Part shown: positions 48,682 to 56,712 of the stretch, in pieces
Layout of the letters: each line of letters begins with the position of its first letter
Position numbering within the stretch: the stretch's first letter is position 1
Program-made: the position numbers and the translations under genes
Origin: a virus
Length of the DNA stretch: 64,000 bases
IMG/VR virus record: IMGVR_UViG_3300042894_005670
Reading direction: 5' to 3' (one strand)
Notes under the pieces: generated by a model
The model's input: only the letters and a program-made list of their open reading frames with translations
What the model was told of the DNA's origin: nothing
The model's database searches: none

Positions 48682-49064
48682 GCAATATTTACTGCTTCAT
48701 CAATCCAATGTAGGCGTTTTTGAATTTCTTCTTGTTGTTTAAAATCATCAGAATTAGTCTCATCAAGACTATCGTACATTTCCATAAGAACCATACGCTC
48801 TTCCATCATGTTACCAACATCAGCACCAACGTATGGATTTGTTGTTTTTTTGACAAAAGTGGTTGGTTCTTTCCAAGAAATTTTGTTGAAGAACCAATCG
48901 GGCACAGTGACTTTTACAGCGTAGTCAGGTCCGATAAACTTGACTGAAGCAATAGAAGTAGGAATCCATGCTTCCTTGTTGGTACGGGTATCAAGGAATA
49001 AGATTGCTTTGGCAGTCTTGGCTTTTGAGGTACCAACTAGTGAGTAGAGAGCTACGGTTTTCAT
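48678..49064 (-). CDS. Hypothetical early protein
   Basis: TAKAIL...WIP.S motif; AAGGA RBS. Confidence 0.7.
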   Translation of the reverse strand: MKTVALYSLVGTSKAKTAKAILFLDTRTNKEAWIPTSIASVKFIGPDYAVKVTVPDWFFNKISWKEPTTFVKKTTNPYVGADVGNMMEERMVLMEMYDSLDETNSDDFKQQEEIQKRLHWIDEAVNIA

Positions 49065-49094
49065 GATTAGTTCCTTATTAACTCAACAGAATCA

Positions 49095-49123
49095 ATTGTA
49101 TATTAATTAGGATATGTTGTCAA
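49095..49123 (-). promoter_or_regulatory. sigma70 early promoter
   Basis: TTGACA-17-TACAAT. Confidence 0.85.
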
Positions 49124-49124
49124 G

Positions 49125-49328
49125 CTATTCTTCAGAAAACAATTCACTTAATTCTGCAGGTGTTGCACCTGTCAACAAAAACTCACGCTCATCAGCACTG
49201 AGGTTAGGGAAAGCGTGTTGTATTAATGCGTCACTATTCACCCAATCAGTAATCATAGCTTCAGTAATAGGCAGGTCCATAGTATTAACACACCCTGTAA
49301 TCAAACTAGTCCGAGAAATCAACGTCAT
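49125..49328 (-). CDS. Conserved small phage protein
   Basis: LIQHAFPNLSADEREFLLTG; AGGAG RBS. Confidence 0.7.
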   Translation of the reverse strand: MTLISRTSLITGCVNTMDLPITEAMITDWVNSDALIQHAFPNLSADEREFLLTGATPAELSELFSEE

Positions 49329-49360
49329 ATCAAATCTCCTAAATCAATTACCACCATCCA

Positions 49361-49389
49361 ATTATAAGACAGTCATACATTCATGTCAA
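49361..49389 (-). promoter_or_regulatory. sigma70 early promoter
   Basis: TTGACA-17-TATAAT. Confidence 0.85.
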
Positions 49390-49428
49390 GTGCGTTGTCA
49401 TGATGACAATGTAGGTTGGCAACAACCC

Positions 49429-50010
49429 CTACATAATAGGGGCGTTGCCATTGCGAAAACCAACCGTACCCCCTTCATTGTTGATGCGTTTAATCACATC
49501 CTCAAATAAGATAGGGGCAAAGTCAGTTTGTTCTACGCAAACACAATGATATCTAACATCTACGATAGGTGAAGAACTTGCATGTTTGGTAATCATAACA
49601 CGGTTCGCATGCGTATGACCGTGTATGTTGGTACCAAAACGTGCAATACTATCTTCATGAATAGGAACGTGACTTAGAATCATGCCATTCATAACATGGT
49701 ATCCACGAATATCTCTAAAATGCTCTAAGTAATCTTGTAATTTAAAAATATCATGGTTACCACGTATAAGCACCTTATCGCCATTTAGTCTGCGTAGGAT
49801 ATTTAAGGCTTTTCTTTTGATTGCAACATCGCCCAAGTGATATATTTTATCTTTAGGTCTAACACGTTCATTCCATGCTTTGACCATAAACTCATCCATT
49901 TCTTCAGCACTGCTAAACGGTCTAAGTGGTGACCCATCTTCACGTTTAAAAACAGTGCAAGTTTTTTCGTGACCGAAATGTGTGTCACTTACTAGCCAAA
50001 CTGCAGGCAT
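49429..50010 (-). CDS. Calcineurin-like metallophosphoesterase
   Basis: SDTHFGH, HLGD, GNHD, SHVP, HGHTH. Confidence 0.9.
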   Translation of the reverse strand: MPAVWLVSDTHFGHEKTCTVFKREDGSPLRPFSSAEEMDEFMVKAWNERVRPKDKIYHLGDVAIKRKALNILRRLNGDKVLIRGNHDIFKLQDYLEHFRDIRGYHVMNGMILSHVPIHEDSIARFGTNIHGHTHANRVMITKHASSSPIVDVRYHCVCVEQTDFAPILFEDVIKRINNEGGTVGFRNGNAPIM

Positions 50011-50028
50011 TTTTTACTCCTTATGATT

Positions 50029-50102
50029 TGGTACCTCCGACAAGAATTGAACTTGTAATGGTCGATTATCAATCGACTGTTATACCATTTAACTACAGAG
50101 GT
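50029..50102 (-). tRNA. tRNA-Ile(GAT)
   Basis: GTCGA-TTGATAA-TCGAC anticodon arm; CCA. Confidence 0.88.
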
Positions 50103-50166
50103 TTTAAATATATTCACCATTTAATTGTTCATGAGAGATTTGAACTCACGACCTACACTTTAAATT

Positions 50167-50242
50167 TGGTGCTTGGGGACAGACTCGAACTGTCATCGTC
50201 CTCCGTGTAAAGGAGACGTATTACCTCTCTACGCACCCAAGC
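50167..50242 (-). tRNA. tRNA-Val(TAC)
   Basis: loop TTTACAC; GTTCGA; CCA. Confidence 0.88.
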
Positions 50243-50314
50243 CTTTATAGTCTCTCAAATCTAACCACCCTATAAACATTATATATCAACAATTGTATTA
50301 CACTAAATATTTTA

Positions 50315-50932
50315 ATGAATCCTTATGAAATACTTGGTGTGGAAACAACTGCAACAACTGAAGATATTAAAGCAAAATATAAACAACTTGCAAACATACA
50401 TCACCCTGATAAAGGTGGTGATGAAGAAACATTTAAAACTATAAATTTAGCTTATACAATATTGTCTGATCCTATTAAACGTCAAAATTTTGACAATCAA
50501 GGTATATTTTTTACTGATCTTTCTATGTACAGTGAAGCAAAAGATGTAATTCTAAAACTTTTCAATGAAAAAATTCATTCTCATGATCCTGACCATCAAG
50601 ACTTAATAATGTTAATGAGAGTAGAACTTGTTAATAAAAAACGAACTTTAGAAAATCAGCTAGAGCAATGTAACAATATAATTAAAAAAATGAATAAGGT
50701 TAAGAATAAGTTAAGACTAAAGAAAAAGACTGAAAATATAATTGAAGATTTTGTTGATAGTGGTTTAAAAAACTGTAAACACGATTTAATCGTATTTGCT
50801 CGTGGTATACAAATTTATGACTATGTATTAGTCATACTTGACAACTATCATTACAGTGACTTTGATTGGGCAGAAATGCTTAGCGATCAACATGATATGG
50901 TAGGGGCAGAGGGGTTCGAACCCACGACCTAA
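50315..50932 (+). CDS. DnaJ (J-domain) protein
   Basis: NPYEILGV...HHPDKGG...AYTILSDP. Confidence 0.88.
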   Translation: MNPYEILGVETTATTEDIKAKYKQLANIHHPDKGGDEETFKTINLAYTILSDPIKRQNFDNQGIFFTDLSMYSEAKDVILKLFNEKIHSHDPDHQDLIMLMRVELVNKKRTLENQLEQCNNIIKKMNKVKNKLRLKKKTENIIEDFVDSGLKNCKHDLIVFARGIQIYDYVLVILDNYHYSDFDWAEMLSDQHDMVGAEGFEPTT

Positions 50933-50973
50933 TGGTTAAAAGCCATTTGCTCTACCTACTGAGCTATACCCCC
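50898..50973 (-). tRNA. tRNA-Lys(TTT)
   Basis: loop CTTTTAA; CCA. Confidence 0.92.
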
Positions 50974-50991
50974 ATTATCTTTCGCACCTTG

Positions 50992-51414
50992 TCACTGTCC
51001 ATGAGGACTCTCCTTTAAAAAACTTGTGTCAAATGTATCAGGGTCATCAACAAGTTGATTAGCATCAACTTCAACCCACTTACCATCAATTTTTACTTCT
51101 ATCTTTACTTTCTTTAACTCACGCTCTAAAGCACGTTCAGCTTCAATATATTCACCTGTACGTTTCATATACTCTAAATGAACCCACTTTTTAAACTTAT
51201 CAGTATTTGCCATTTTTTCAAAAGCAGTTTTACGATTATCTAACTGACTGCGACTTGACTCACTATAACCATGTGCACCACTTGGTCGATGAGTACAATG
51301 TACTGCTGAACTAGTTTTATTACGTTTTTGTCCACCTGCTCCTGTACCTTTGGTATACGACCAATCACAATCTTTGGCGGTAATACTAAAAAACGGATCT
51401 TTTGTTTGTTTCAT
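50992..51414 (-). CDS. Peptide chain release factor-like protein (GGQ domain only; ArfB/PrfH-like)
   Basis: GTGAGGQKRNKTSSAV...H.PSG...SRSQLDNR; true start MKQTK (the upstream extension is tRNA sequence). Confidence 0.88.
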   Translation of the reverse strand: MKQTKDPFFSITAKDCDWSYTKGTGAGGQKRNKTSSAVHCTHRPSGAHGYSESSRSQLDNRKTAFEKMANTDKFKKWVHLEYMKRTGEYIEAERALERELKKVKIEVKIDGKWVEVDANQLVDDPDTFDTSFLKESPHGQ

Positions 51415-51431
51415 ACTTTGTCCTATATTGT

Positions 51432-51506
51432 TGGCGGTCCCAATGGGAATTGAACCCATCTCTGAGCAGTGACAGTGCTCTATCCTAACCAATAGACGAT
51501 GGAACC
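51432..51506 (-). tRNA. tRNA-Asp(GTC)
   Basis: loop CTGTCAC; GCCA end. Confidence 0.9.
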
Positions 51507-51512
51507 AAAATT

Positions 51513-51588
51513 TGGGGTGACTGATGAGAGTCGAACTCACACTGTACAGAATCACAATCTGCGGCACTACCATTATGCTACAGTCACC
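51513..51588 (-). tRNA. tRNA-His(GTG)
   Basis: loop TTGTGAT; G-1:C73. Confidence 0.9.
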
Positions 51589-51590
51589 AT

Positions 51591-51665
51591 TGGTGGTAAT
51601 GATAGGAGTCGAACCTATACAACGCAGCGTATGAAGCTGTTGCACTACCATTATGCTACATTACC
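51591..51665 (-). tRNA. tRNA-Met(CAT), elongator-like
   Basis: loop TTCATAC; CCA. Confidence 0.82.
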
Positions 51666-51692
51666 TAAATATATTTGTAAAGGAATAACATT

Positions 51693-52157
51693 ATGCAATT
51701 ATCTAAAAACTTTTCCTTGACTGAATTATACAAAAGTACAACTGCTATTAGAAATAATATCAATAATGAACCTACATCTGACATTATAGCAAATCTTGAG
51801 CTATTATGTGTCAACGTTTTACAACCAATTAGAGATTTTTTTAAATATCCTGTAAAAATCAACAGCGGATATCGCTGCGTAAAATTAAATCAACTAGTTG
51901 GTGGTAAGCCTAATAGTGAACATAGTTTAGGAATGGCAGCAGATATTGAGATTAACGGTGTATCAAATTATGATTTAGCATTGTATATTAAAGATAACTT
52001 ACAATATACACAGTTAATACTAGAATTTTATACAATGGGCGATCCAAATAGTGGATGGGTTCATGTAAGTTATAATGTAAATGATTTAAAAAAAGAAAAT
52101 TATACTGCAGTAAACTCAAGTGGTAAGGTTTATTACTTACGTGGCTTAAACCCTTAG
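51693..52157 (+). CDS. Peptidase M15A family (endolysin-type)
   Basis: INSGYRC..LN..VGG...SEH..G.AADI, WVHVS. Confidence 0.9.
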   Translation: MQLSKNFSLTELYKSTTAIRNNINNEPTSDIIANLELLCVNVLQPIRDFFKYPVKINSGYRCVKLNQLVGGKPNSEHSLGMAADIEINGVSNYDLALYIKDNLQYTQLILEFYTMGDPNSGWVHVSYNVNDLKKENYTAVNSSGKVYYLRGLNP

Positions 52158-52750
52158 ACAGTCAAACTAACATTAAAAGTAAAACTATTACGTTTGCCTT
52201 TAAAGTAAGGCACTCTATGTGGTAAAGCTGATGAGAATATTACAAGTCTGCCACCTTGTTTTTCAAAATTATAATTTGCGTTTTGTGTTAATAAGGGACT
52301 TGAAGTACTACCGTAAAATGGACTTAATTGAATAACACTACCGTCTTTTTCATTATAATTCCCATCATAATAATACACACCTGACAACACATTTTTTCCA
52401 ACTCCGTTATGACTTGATGTATGAATATGCCAATCTTGCATACCACCTTTAACAAAACTATTAAACCAAGATTCTGAAACATATACAGGATTTTGAAAGT
52501 TTAAATAATTTAAAAAAGAACTAATATGCTCAGTTAAAAAATTCTGCAAATGTTGTAAATTTAATTCAAGTGCAATGTTTCTGCATTGTACAAAAGTTGT
52601 AGTAACTAAATCTCCCCATGTGTGCGTATTACTTAGTTTTTTTATAATTTTTTGATGATTTTGGATTTCTGATTTTATAGTATTAAAAGTATTCTCATCA
52701 GCATCATGAATATAAACAGGTATTGGTAGAATATGTTCTATAGAAGCCAT
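52154..52750 (-). CDS. Putative 2OG-Fe(II) oxygenase
   Basis: ESWFN, WHIH, LSGVYY, LVIFSSALPHRV. Confidence 0.8.
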   Translation of the reverse strand: MASIEHILPIPVYIHDADENTFNTIKSEIQNHQKIIKKLSNTHTWGDLVTTTFVQCRNIALELNLQHLQNFLTEHISSFLNYLNFQNPVYVSESWFNSFVKGGMQDWHIHTSSHNGVGKNVLSGVYYYDGNYNEKDGSVIQLSPFYGSTSSPLLTQNANYNFEKQGGRLVIFSSALPHRVPYFKGKRNSFTFNVSLTV

Positions 52751-52762
52751 AATTATTTGATA

Positions 52763-52836
52763 TGGAGCGGGTAGCGAGAATCGAACTCGCAAATTTTCCT
52801 TGGCAAGGAAACAGGTTACCTTTACATCATACCCGC
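52763..52836 (-). tRNA. tRNA-Gly(GCC)
   Basis: loop TTGCCAA; CCA. Confidence 0.9.
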
Positions 52837-52895
52837 ATTGTCAACTTATTTATAAACCGTATTCAGTTAATTAATAAATCTTGTTACAATTTGAT

Positions 52896-53276
52896 TTATT
52901 GCTCTCCATGCGGTTTACGCTTCCTATAATGGTCTTCTAAAATTTCAATGGTGGATCTATTCATGTAACGCACACGATCCATTCTATTTTCACTTGGTGT
53001 ACCCCAATATAAATGTTTTGGATTACTACATTTACCATTGTTACATGCATGACATACTAATATCATATGACCATTTGGTATAGTAGTTTCTAGTAAATGA
53101 GCTAATAACCCTTTACAGTAGGTGCTTCCGCCTCCACGTTCAAGACAATAATCATCTAAATCAAGATGTTCTTGGCGTATTTTTTTGGGTAACTTTATAT
53201 AATCATATATATTTTTCACTATAATATTTATAGTGGCGATTTGGATAAATAAAATTATGAAATACAATGAAATCAT
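52896..53276 (-). CDS. HNH/His-Me finger endonuclease-like protein (start uncertain)
   Basis: VCHACNNGKCSNPKHLYWGTPSEN. Confidence 0.75.
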   Translation of the reverse strand: MISLYFIILFIQIATINIIVKNIYDYIKLPKKIRQEHLDLDDYCLERGGGSTYCKGLLAHLLETTIPNGHMILVCHACNNGKCSNPKHLYWGTPSENRMDRVRYMNRSTIEILEDHYRKRKPHGEQ

Positions 53277-53817
53277 CCAAGAAGCACGTTTATCAGACTT
53301 TCCTTATACAGATGAACCTGATAAAACTACCGTTCAATTACGTAGTCATCAAAGCCAAATTTACACTAATTTAGCTAAGAAGGTTAAACGTATTAATGAG
53401 CTTAAAGTTGAATTAAAAGAACTTGAGGATGAGGTTAAAAAATCTACACGTGAGAATGTTGCCGATCTTTTTGCTGTTGAAGATGCGGTAAAAACTCGTG
53501 TTATTGATACTATATCATTTATAGTAACATTATCAAAAGATCCTAAAGTGACAGTTGCGCCAAAATATAAGGATATTTTAGAAGTATTGGAAAAACAACT
53601 AACTCCTGAACTAATTTCTGTATTAGAGGGTTTAAAGAAGACTATGGTAACTGTAACACAAAAAGCACCCTCACTGAAAATTGAACCGAAAGACAAGTCA
53701 CAACTTAGTGAGGGTAAAATATCCAACTACATTGATAAACTAAAAAGTTGGGTTAGCAGTTGGGGCGCAAAATACGATGCTAAACTTGATCAATTAAAAA
53801 GTATGGCAGGTATGTAA
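53257..53817 (+). CDS. Hypothetical late protein (putative head-internal)
   Basis: TAAATA upstream; MKYNEIIQEA N-terminus. Confidence 0.7.
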   Translation: MKYNEIIQEARLSDFPYTDEPDKTTVQLRSHQSQIYTNLAKKVKRINELKVELKELEDEVKKSTRENVADLFAVEDAVKTRVIDTISFIVTLSKDPKVTVAPKYKDILEVLEKQLTPELISVLEGLKKTMVTVTQKAPSLKIEPKDKSQLSEGKISNYIDKLKSWVSSWGAKYDAKLDQLKSMAGM

Positions 53818-53848
53818 TGCCCACTGCATATTACTGAGGGTTTACTAC

Positions 53849-54028
53849 TTAAAATTTTTCTATGGGACACTTTTTGGTAAGGTCTTCATAGACAGATTTA
53901 GCATAATTCATTGGGCTTAGTTGCTTACAAAAAGTAGCACTATAGTGTTCACATTGCTTACAAACATTCCAACGTTCTTGTACCTCTTTTGACATTATAA
54001 AATCTAAAGCTTGATTATGAGTTGACAT
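53849..54028 (-). CDS. Small Cys-containing protein (59 aa, not in ORF track)
   Basis: RWNVCKQCEH...C...KCPIEKF; AGGAG RBS. Confidence 0.6.
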   Translation of the reverse strand: MSTHNQALDFIMSKEVQERWNVCKQCEHYSATFCKQLSPMNYAKSVYEDLTKKCPIEKF

Positions 54029-54074
54029 AAAAATCTCCTAACTAAAAAAAATATTTATATCATATTTATCAAAA

Positions 54075-54156
54075 TGGTGCCCATGGAGGGATTCGAACCC
54101 CCACGCTAGGCACTTGCTCCTAAGGCAAGCGTGTCTACCAATTTCACCACATGGGC
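54075..54156 (-). tRNA. tRNA-Leu(TAG)
   Basis: loop CTTAGGA; variable arm; CCA. Confidence 0.9.
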
Positions 54157-54170
54157 TTTAACTTTTTTGT

Positions 54171-54818
54171 TTAAATTTTCCTACCTCTGTTCCAACCTTT
54201 AGGAATAGATTCATTTTTACATATCTTTTTGTTAACTTCGCCATTTGTAATCCACATTGTATTGTACTGAGAATTTTTTTCTCCTATCTGATTAATTGAA
54301 TTTTTTTCACCGATTATTTTTTTAGTTTGTTCAGAATGTTTTTTACCATAAAATGTACCTAGAGGATTTTTTTCATGCGATATTTTACTAGCATTTAGTG
54401 CATTATTTTTTATTTTCTGAGCAAAATTACTATCAGTATGTAATTTTTCAATATATCTTTTTAAAGTTGTTTCTATTGGCATCAATGAATTTAATCGTTT
54501 TTCTGTAAGAAAGATATTAGGATTTTCATTAATATAATCAAAACCACCATAACCACCTTTTCTTAAATTATAGGTATTTTCATTAATTAAAAAATCTTCA
54601 TTTACAATTTCTGATTCTTTTTTATACATAAGTTCAGGTGTATCAAAAATATGCAAAATTTCTTTTTCAAAATTTTCTAAGCCATACTTTACAATAGCAT
54701 ATTTTAGATACTTACCTGATCCCATATAACCGTCATTAAGATTTTTGGTTTTATGTGAACCAATATAAATTTTACCATTCATCTTATTTGTTATCTTGTA
54801 TATAATATAATAAGTCAT
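54171..54818 (-). CDS. Seg-like GIY-YIG homing endonuclease
   Basis: IYKITNKMNGKIYIGSH....DGYMGSG; YNL..GG.GG; GKKHSEQTK; WITNG. Confidence 0.9.
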   Translation of the reverse strand: MTYYIIYKITNKMNGKIYIGSHKTKNLNDGYMGSGKYLKYAIVKYGLENFEKEILHIFDTPELMYKKESEIVNEDFLINENTYNLRKGGYGGFDYINENPNIFLTEKRLNSLMPIETTLKRYIEKLHTDSNFAQKIKNNALNASKISHEKNPLGTFYGKKHSEQTKKIIGEKNSINQIGEKNSQYNTMWITNGEVNKKICKNESIPKGWNRGRKI

Positions 54819-54860
54819 ACATATATTTATACAAGTTCAAGCCCTGACACTGCTTTTGTG

Positions 54861-55132
54861 CTCCAATGCGTGGGATCGAACCACGGACCAATTGATTACA
54901 AGTTTGTGTAACTTTCGTTACTCCTTGGACTATACCATAACCTTAGTATTACAACGTTAGGTTCTCACCGTCTAGTCTCTACACCTTCAAGAATATCTCT
55001 ATTCAAGCTTGGCTCGGTATTGCCTTATGCAATGCACTTAGGTTTCACCGAATTTGATGAGTTTTTCAATTAATGTTTCCACTAAAAGCTGCCTTTTGAC
55101 AGTCAACTGCTCTACCTCTGAGCTACATTGGA
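54861..55132 (-). tRNA. tRNA-Asn(GTT) interrupted by a group I intron
   Basis: exons 55132-55099 and 54898-54861 rejoin to GTTGA-CTGTTAA-TCAAT; acceptor TCCAATG/CATTGGA, G73. Confidence 0.9.
54899..55098 (-). mobile_element. Group I self-splicing intron (200 nt, no ORF)
   Basis: P1 CTGT|C pairs GGCAG with a U.G wobble; P AAATTCGGTGAAA, Q AATACCGAGCC, R GTAGAGACTAGA, S GGTATAGTCC; terminal G. Confidence 0.9.
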
Positions 55133-55173
55133 ATATAATTATTTATAAACTATTCAGATTGTAAAAATAATTA

Positions 55174-55266
55174 TGGTGGAGAGTGTGGGATTCGAACCCA
55201 CGAAGCAGCTTTTGACCACTTGCCTTCTTAGCAGGAAGGTACCTTCAGCCTCTCGGTCAACTCTCC
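55174..55266 (-). tRNA. tRNA-Ser(GCT)
   Basis: loop CTGCTAA; long variable arm. Confidence 0.9.
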
Positions 55267-55279
55267 ATAATTTTTTAAT

Positions 55280-55356
55280 TGGCCTGACCGAGAGGATTTG
55301 AACCTCCGACCCACAGCTTAGAAGGCTGTTGTTCTATCCAACTGAACTACGGTCAG
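55280..55356 (-). tRNA. tRNA-Arg(TCT)
   Basis: loop CTTCTAA; CCA. Confidence 0.9.
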
Positions 55357-55362
55357 CTTTAT

Positions 55363-55497
55363 TTAAGCAAAAACAAAGGCATAAACAAATATTGCTAGGA
55401 ATATTAATAATGATACCCACCAATATGTTAACGCACCTACTGCTATAAGTAATGCTAACCAACCACCATGATATAAATGTAATTGCCACATTGTCAT
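55363..55497 (-). CDS. Small hydrophobic protein (44 aa, not in ORF track)
   Basis: GGWLALLIAVGALTYWWVSLLIFLAIF; TATAAATA just upstream. Confidence 0.5.
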   Translation of the reverse strand: MTMWQLHLYHGGWLALLIAVGALTYWWVSLLIFLAIFVYAFVFA

Positions 55498-55510
55498 AAC
55501 AGTATTTATA

Positions 55511-55600
55511 TGGTGGAAGCGGTGAGATTCGAACTCACGGACCCATTGCTGAATCGCTAGTTTTCAAGACTAGATCCTTAAACCACTCGGACACACTTCC
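55511..55600 (-). tRNA. tRNA-Ser(TGA)
   Basis: loop CTTGAAA; long variable arm. Confidence 0.92.
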
Positions 55601-55601
55601 G

Positions 55602-56096
55602 TTATTTTATTTTTGGAACGATTTCACGATCCCAATAGCTTTTCTTGCCTATTCTAGAAGAAACAGCTTTGTCTACACCGACTATTGATTTCCATTTTTC
55701 GGATCGTGCTTTACTTTGTTCAACATCAAACCCACTATAGTCATCCCCGACCCATTCCCACTTATGATGCCATATCCAAGGGTCAGCTAATGGTTTAGTA
55801 ATTTTTACATTACCATCTCTAGTAACTTTAATAGATGTACCTACTGTAGGTTCATCTGCTGTATCAAAGTCAGGTGATGAAATAAATGCGATTGAACCAT
55901 CTTTTAAATCATAACGTACTACTGTATAATCAAAATCAGGTGGTAATTTAGAAACAGCTAACTTATACCATGACAACGGTATTTCACGTTTGAGTAATGG
56001 TGAATCAACATAGTCTTTGTGAACATAGATTTGTCCACCAATAACTTTACCAATTTTACGATTGGTTGATTCTGTTAATAATTCTTTAATTAGCAT
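55602..56096 (-). CDS. Putative head-internal protein resembling the repeat domain of phosphorothioation-associated methyltransferases
   Basis: MLIKELLTES start after TAAATA; IYVH, SPDFD..EP, PWI.HHKWEWV. Confidence 0.6.
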   Translation of the reverse strand: MLIKELLTESTNRKIGKVIGGQIYVHKDYVDSPLLKREIPLSWYKLAVSKLPPDFDYTVVRYDLKDGSIAFISSPDFDTADEPTVGTSIKVTRDGNVKITKPLADPWIWHHKWEWVGDDYSGFDVEQSKARSEKWKSIVGVDKAVSSRIGKKSYWDREIVPKIK

Positions 56097-56118
56097 GTTG
56101 TATTTATTCAAACAAAAA

Positions 56119-56192
56119 TGGCACCGACAGAGGGATTCGAACCCCCACAAACAGTTTTGGAGACTGCTATGCTGCCATTACACCATGTCGGC
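56119..56192 (-). tRNA. tRNA-Trp(CCA)
   Basis: loop CTCCAAA; GCCA. Confidence 0.9.
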
Positions 56193-56199
56193 ATATATT

Positions 56200-56275
56200 T
56201 GGAGTAAGCGACAGGAGTTGAACCTGCATAAAACGGGGTTGCAATCCGTTCCCTAGCCATTCGGGTCACGCTTAC
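56200..56275 (-). tRNA. tRNA-Cys(GCA)
   Basis: loop TTGCAAC; U73. Confidence 0.88.
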
Positions 56276-56282
56276 ATATAAA

Positions 56283-56396
56283 ACAGGATGCATTATCGTT
56301 GCTCTACCATTAAGCTACATATCTTTTACAAGACATGGTAGGATTCGAACCTACAACAGACGGCTCCCGAAGCATCATAACTTGCTGTTAGCATCC
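56283..56396 (-). ncRNA. Permuted tRNA-mimic RNA (YrlA-like architecture), ACAGCAA family copy 3
   Basis: GGATGC-TAACAGCAA...T-arm GTAGG-TTCGAAT-CCTAC, closed acceptor CATGTC/GATATG, D-arm TAGCTTAATGGTAGAGC...GCATCC-TGT. Confidence 0.8.
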
Positions 56397-56402
56397 TAAA
56401 CT

Positions 56403-56480
56403 TGGCACCCCCTGTAGGATTCAAACCCACGACCTTACCGTTCGTAGCGGTACGCTCTAAGTTCACTGAGCTAAGGGGAT
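56403..56480 (-). tRNA. tRNA-Arg(ACG)
   Basis: loop CTACGAA; GCCA. Confidence 0.88.
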
Positions 56481-56650
56481 ATATTTTTACATTCTTAAAA
56501 CAACTGTATCCAATTATCTTAAGAATGTAGTGGGGCCATCCCCCACTTGCTCATCTTACTCCTGTGTTATCGCCACAGTTTCATACCGAGACTCCGACCG
56601 TTCGTGGCATGTTTATCGTGCACCACTGAGACCTCGTTTCTCACACACGT

Positions 56651-56685
56651 AAAACAAAAAACCCTAGGGGTTTATTCCTAGGGTT
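56651..56685 (-). terminator. Intrinsic terminator (attenuator) upstream of the tRNA cluster
   Basis: AACCCTAGG-8nt-CCTAGGGTT-TTTTGTTTT. Confidence 0.8.
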
Positions 56686-56712
56686 CAGTGTAATCTTATG
56701 TACTATCTATGA

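Noticed and set aside
51415-51720. N-terminal extension of the release factor and ORFs across tRNAs (also 45692-45943, 49980-50210, 56062-56293)
   Set aside because: These translate tRNA genes.
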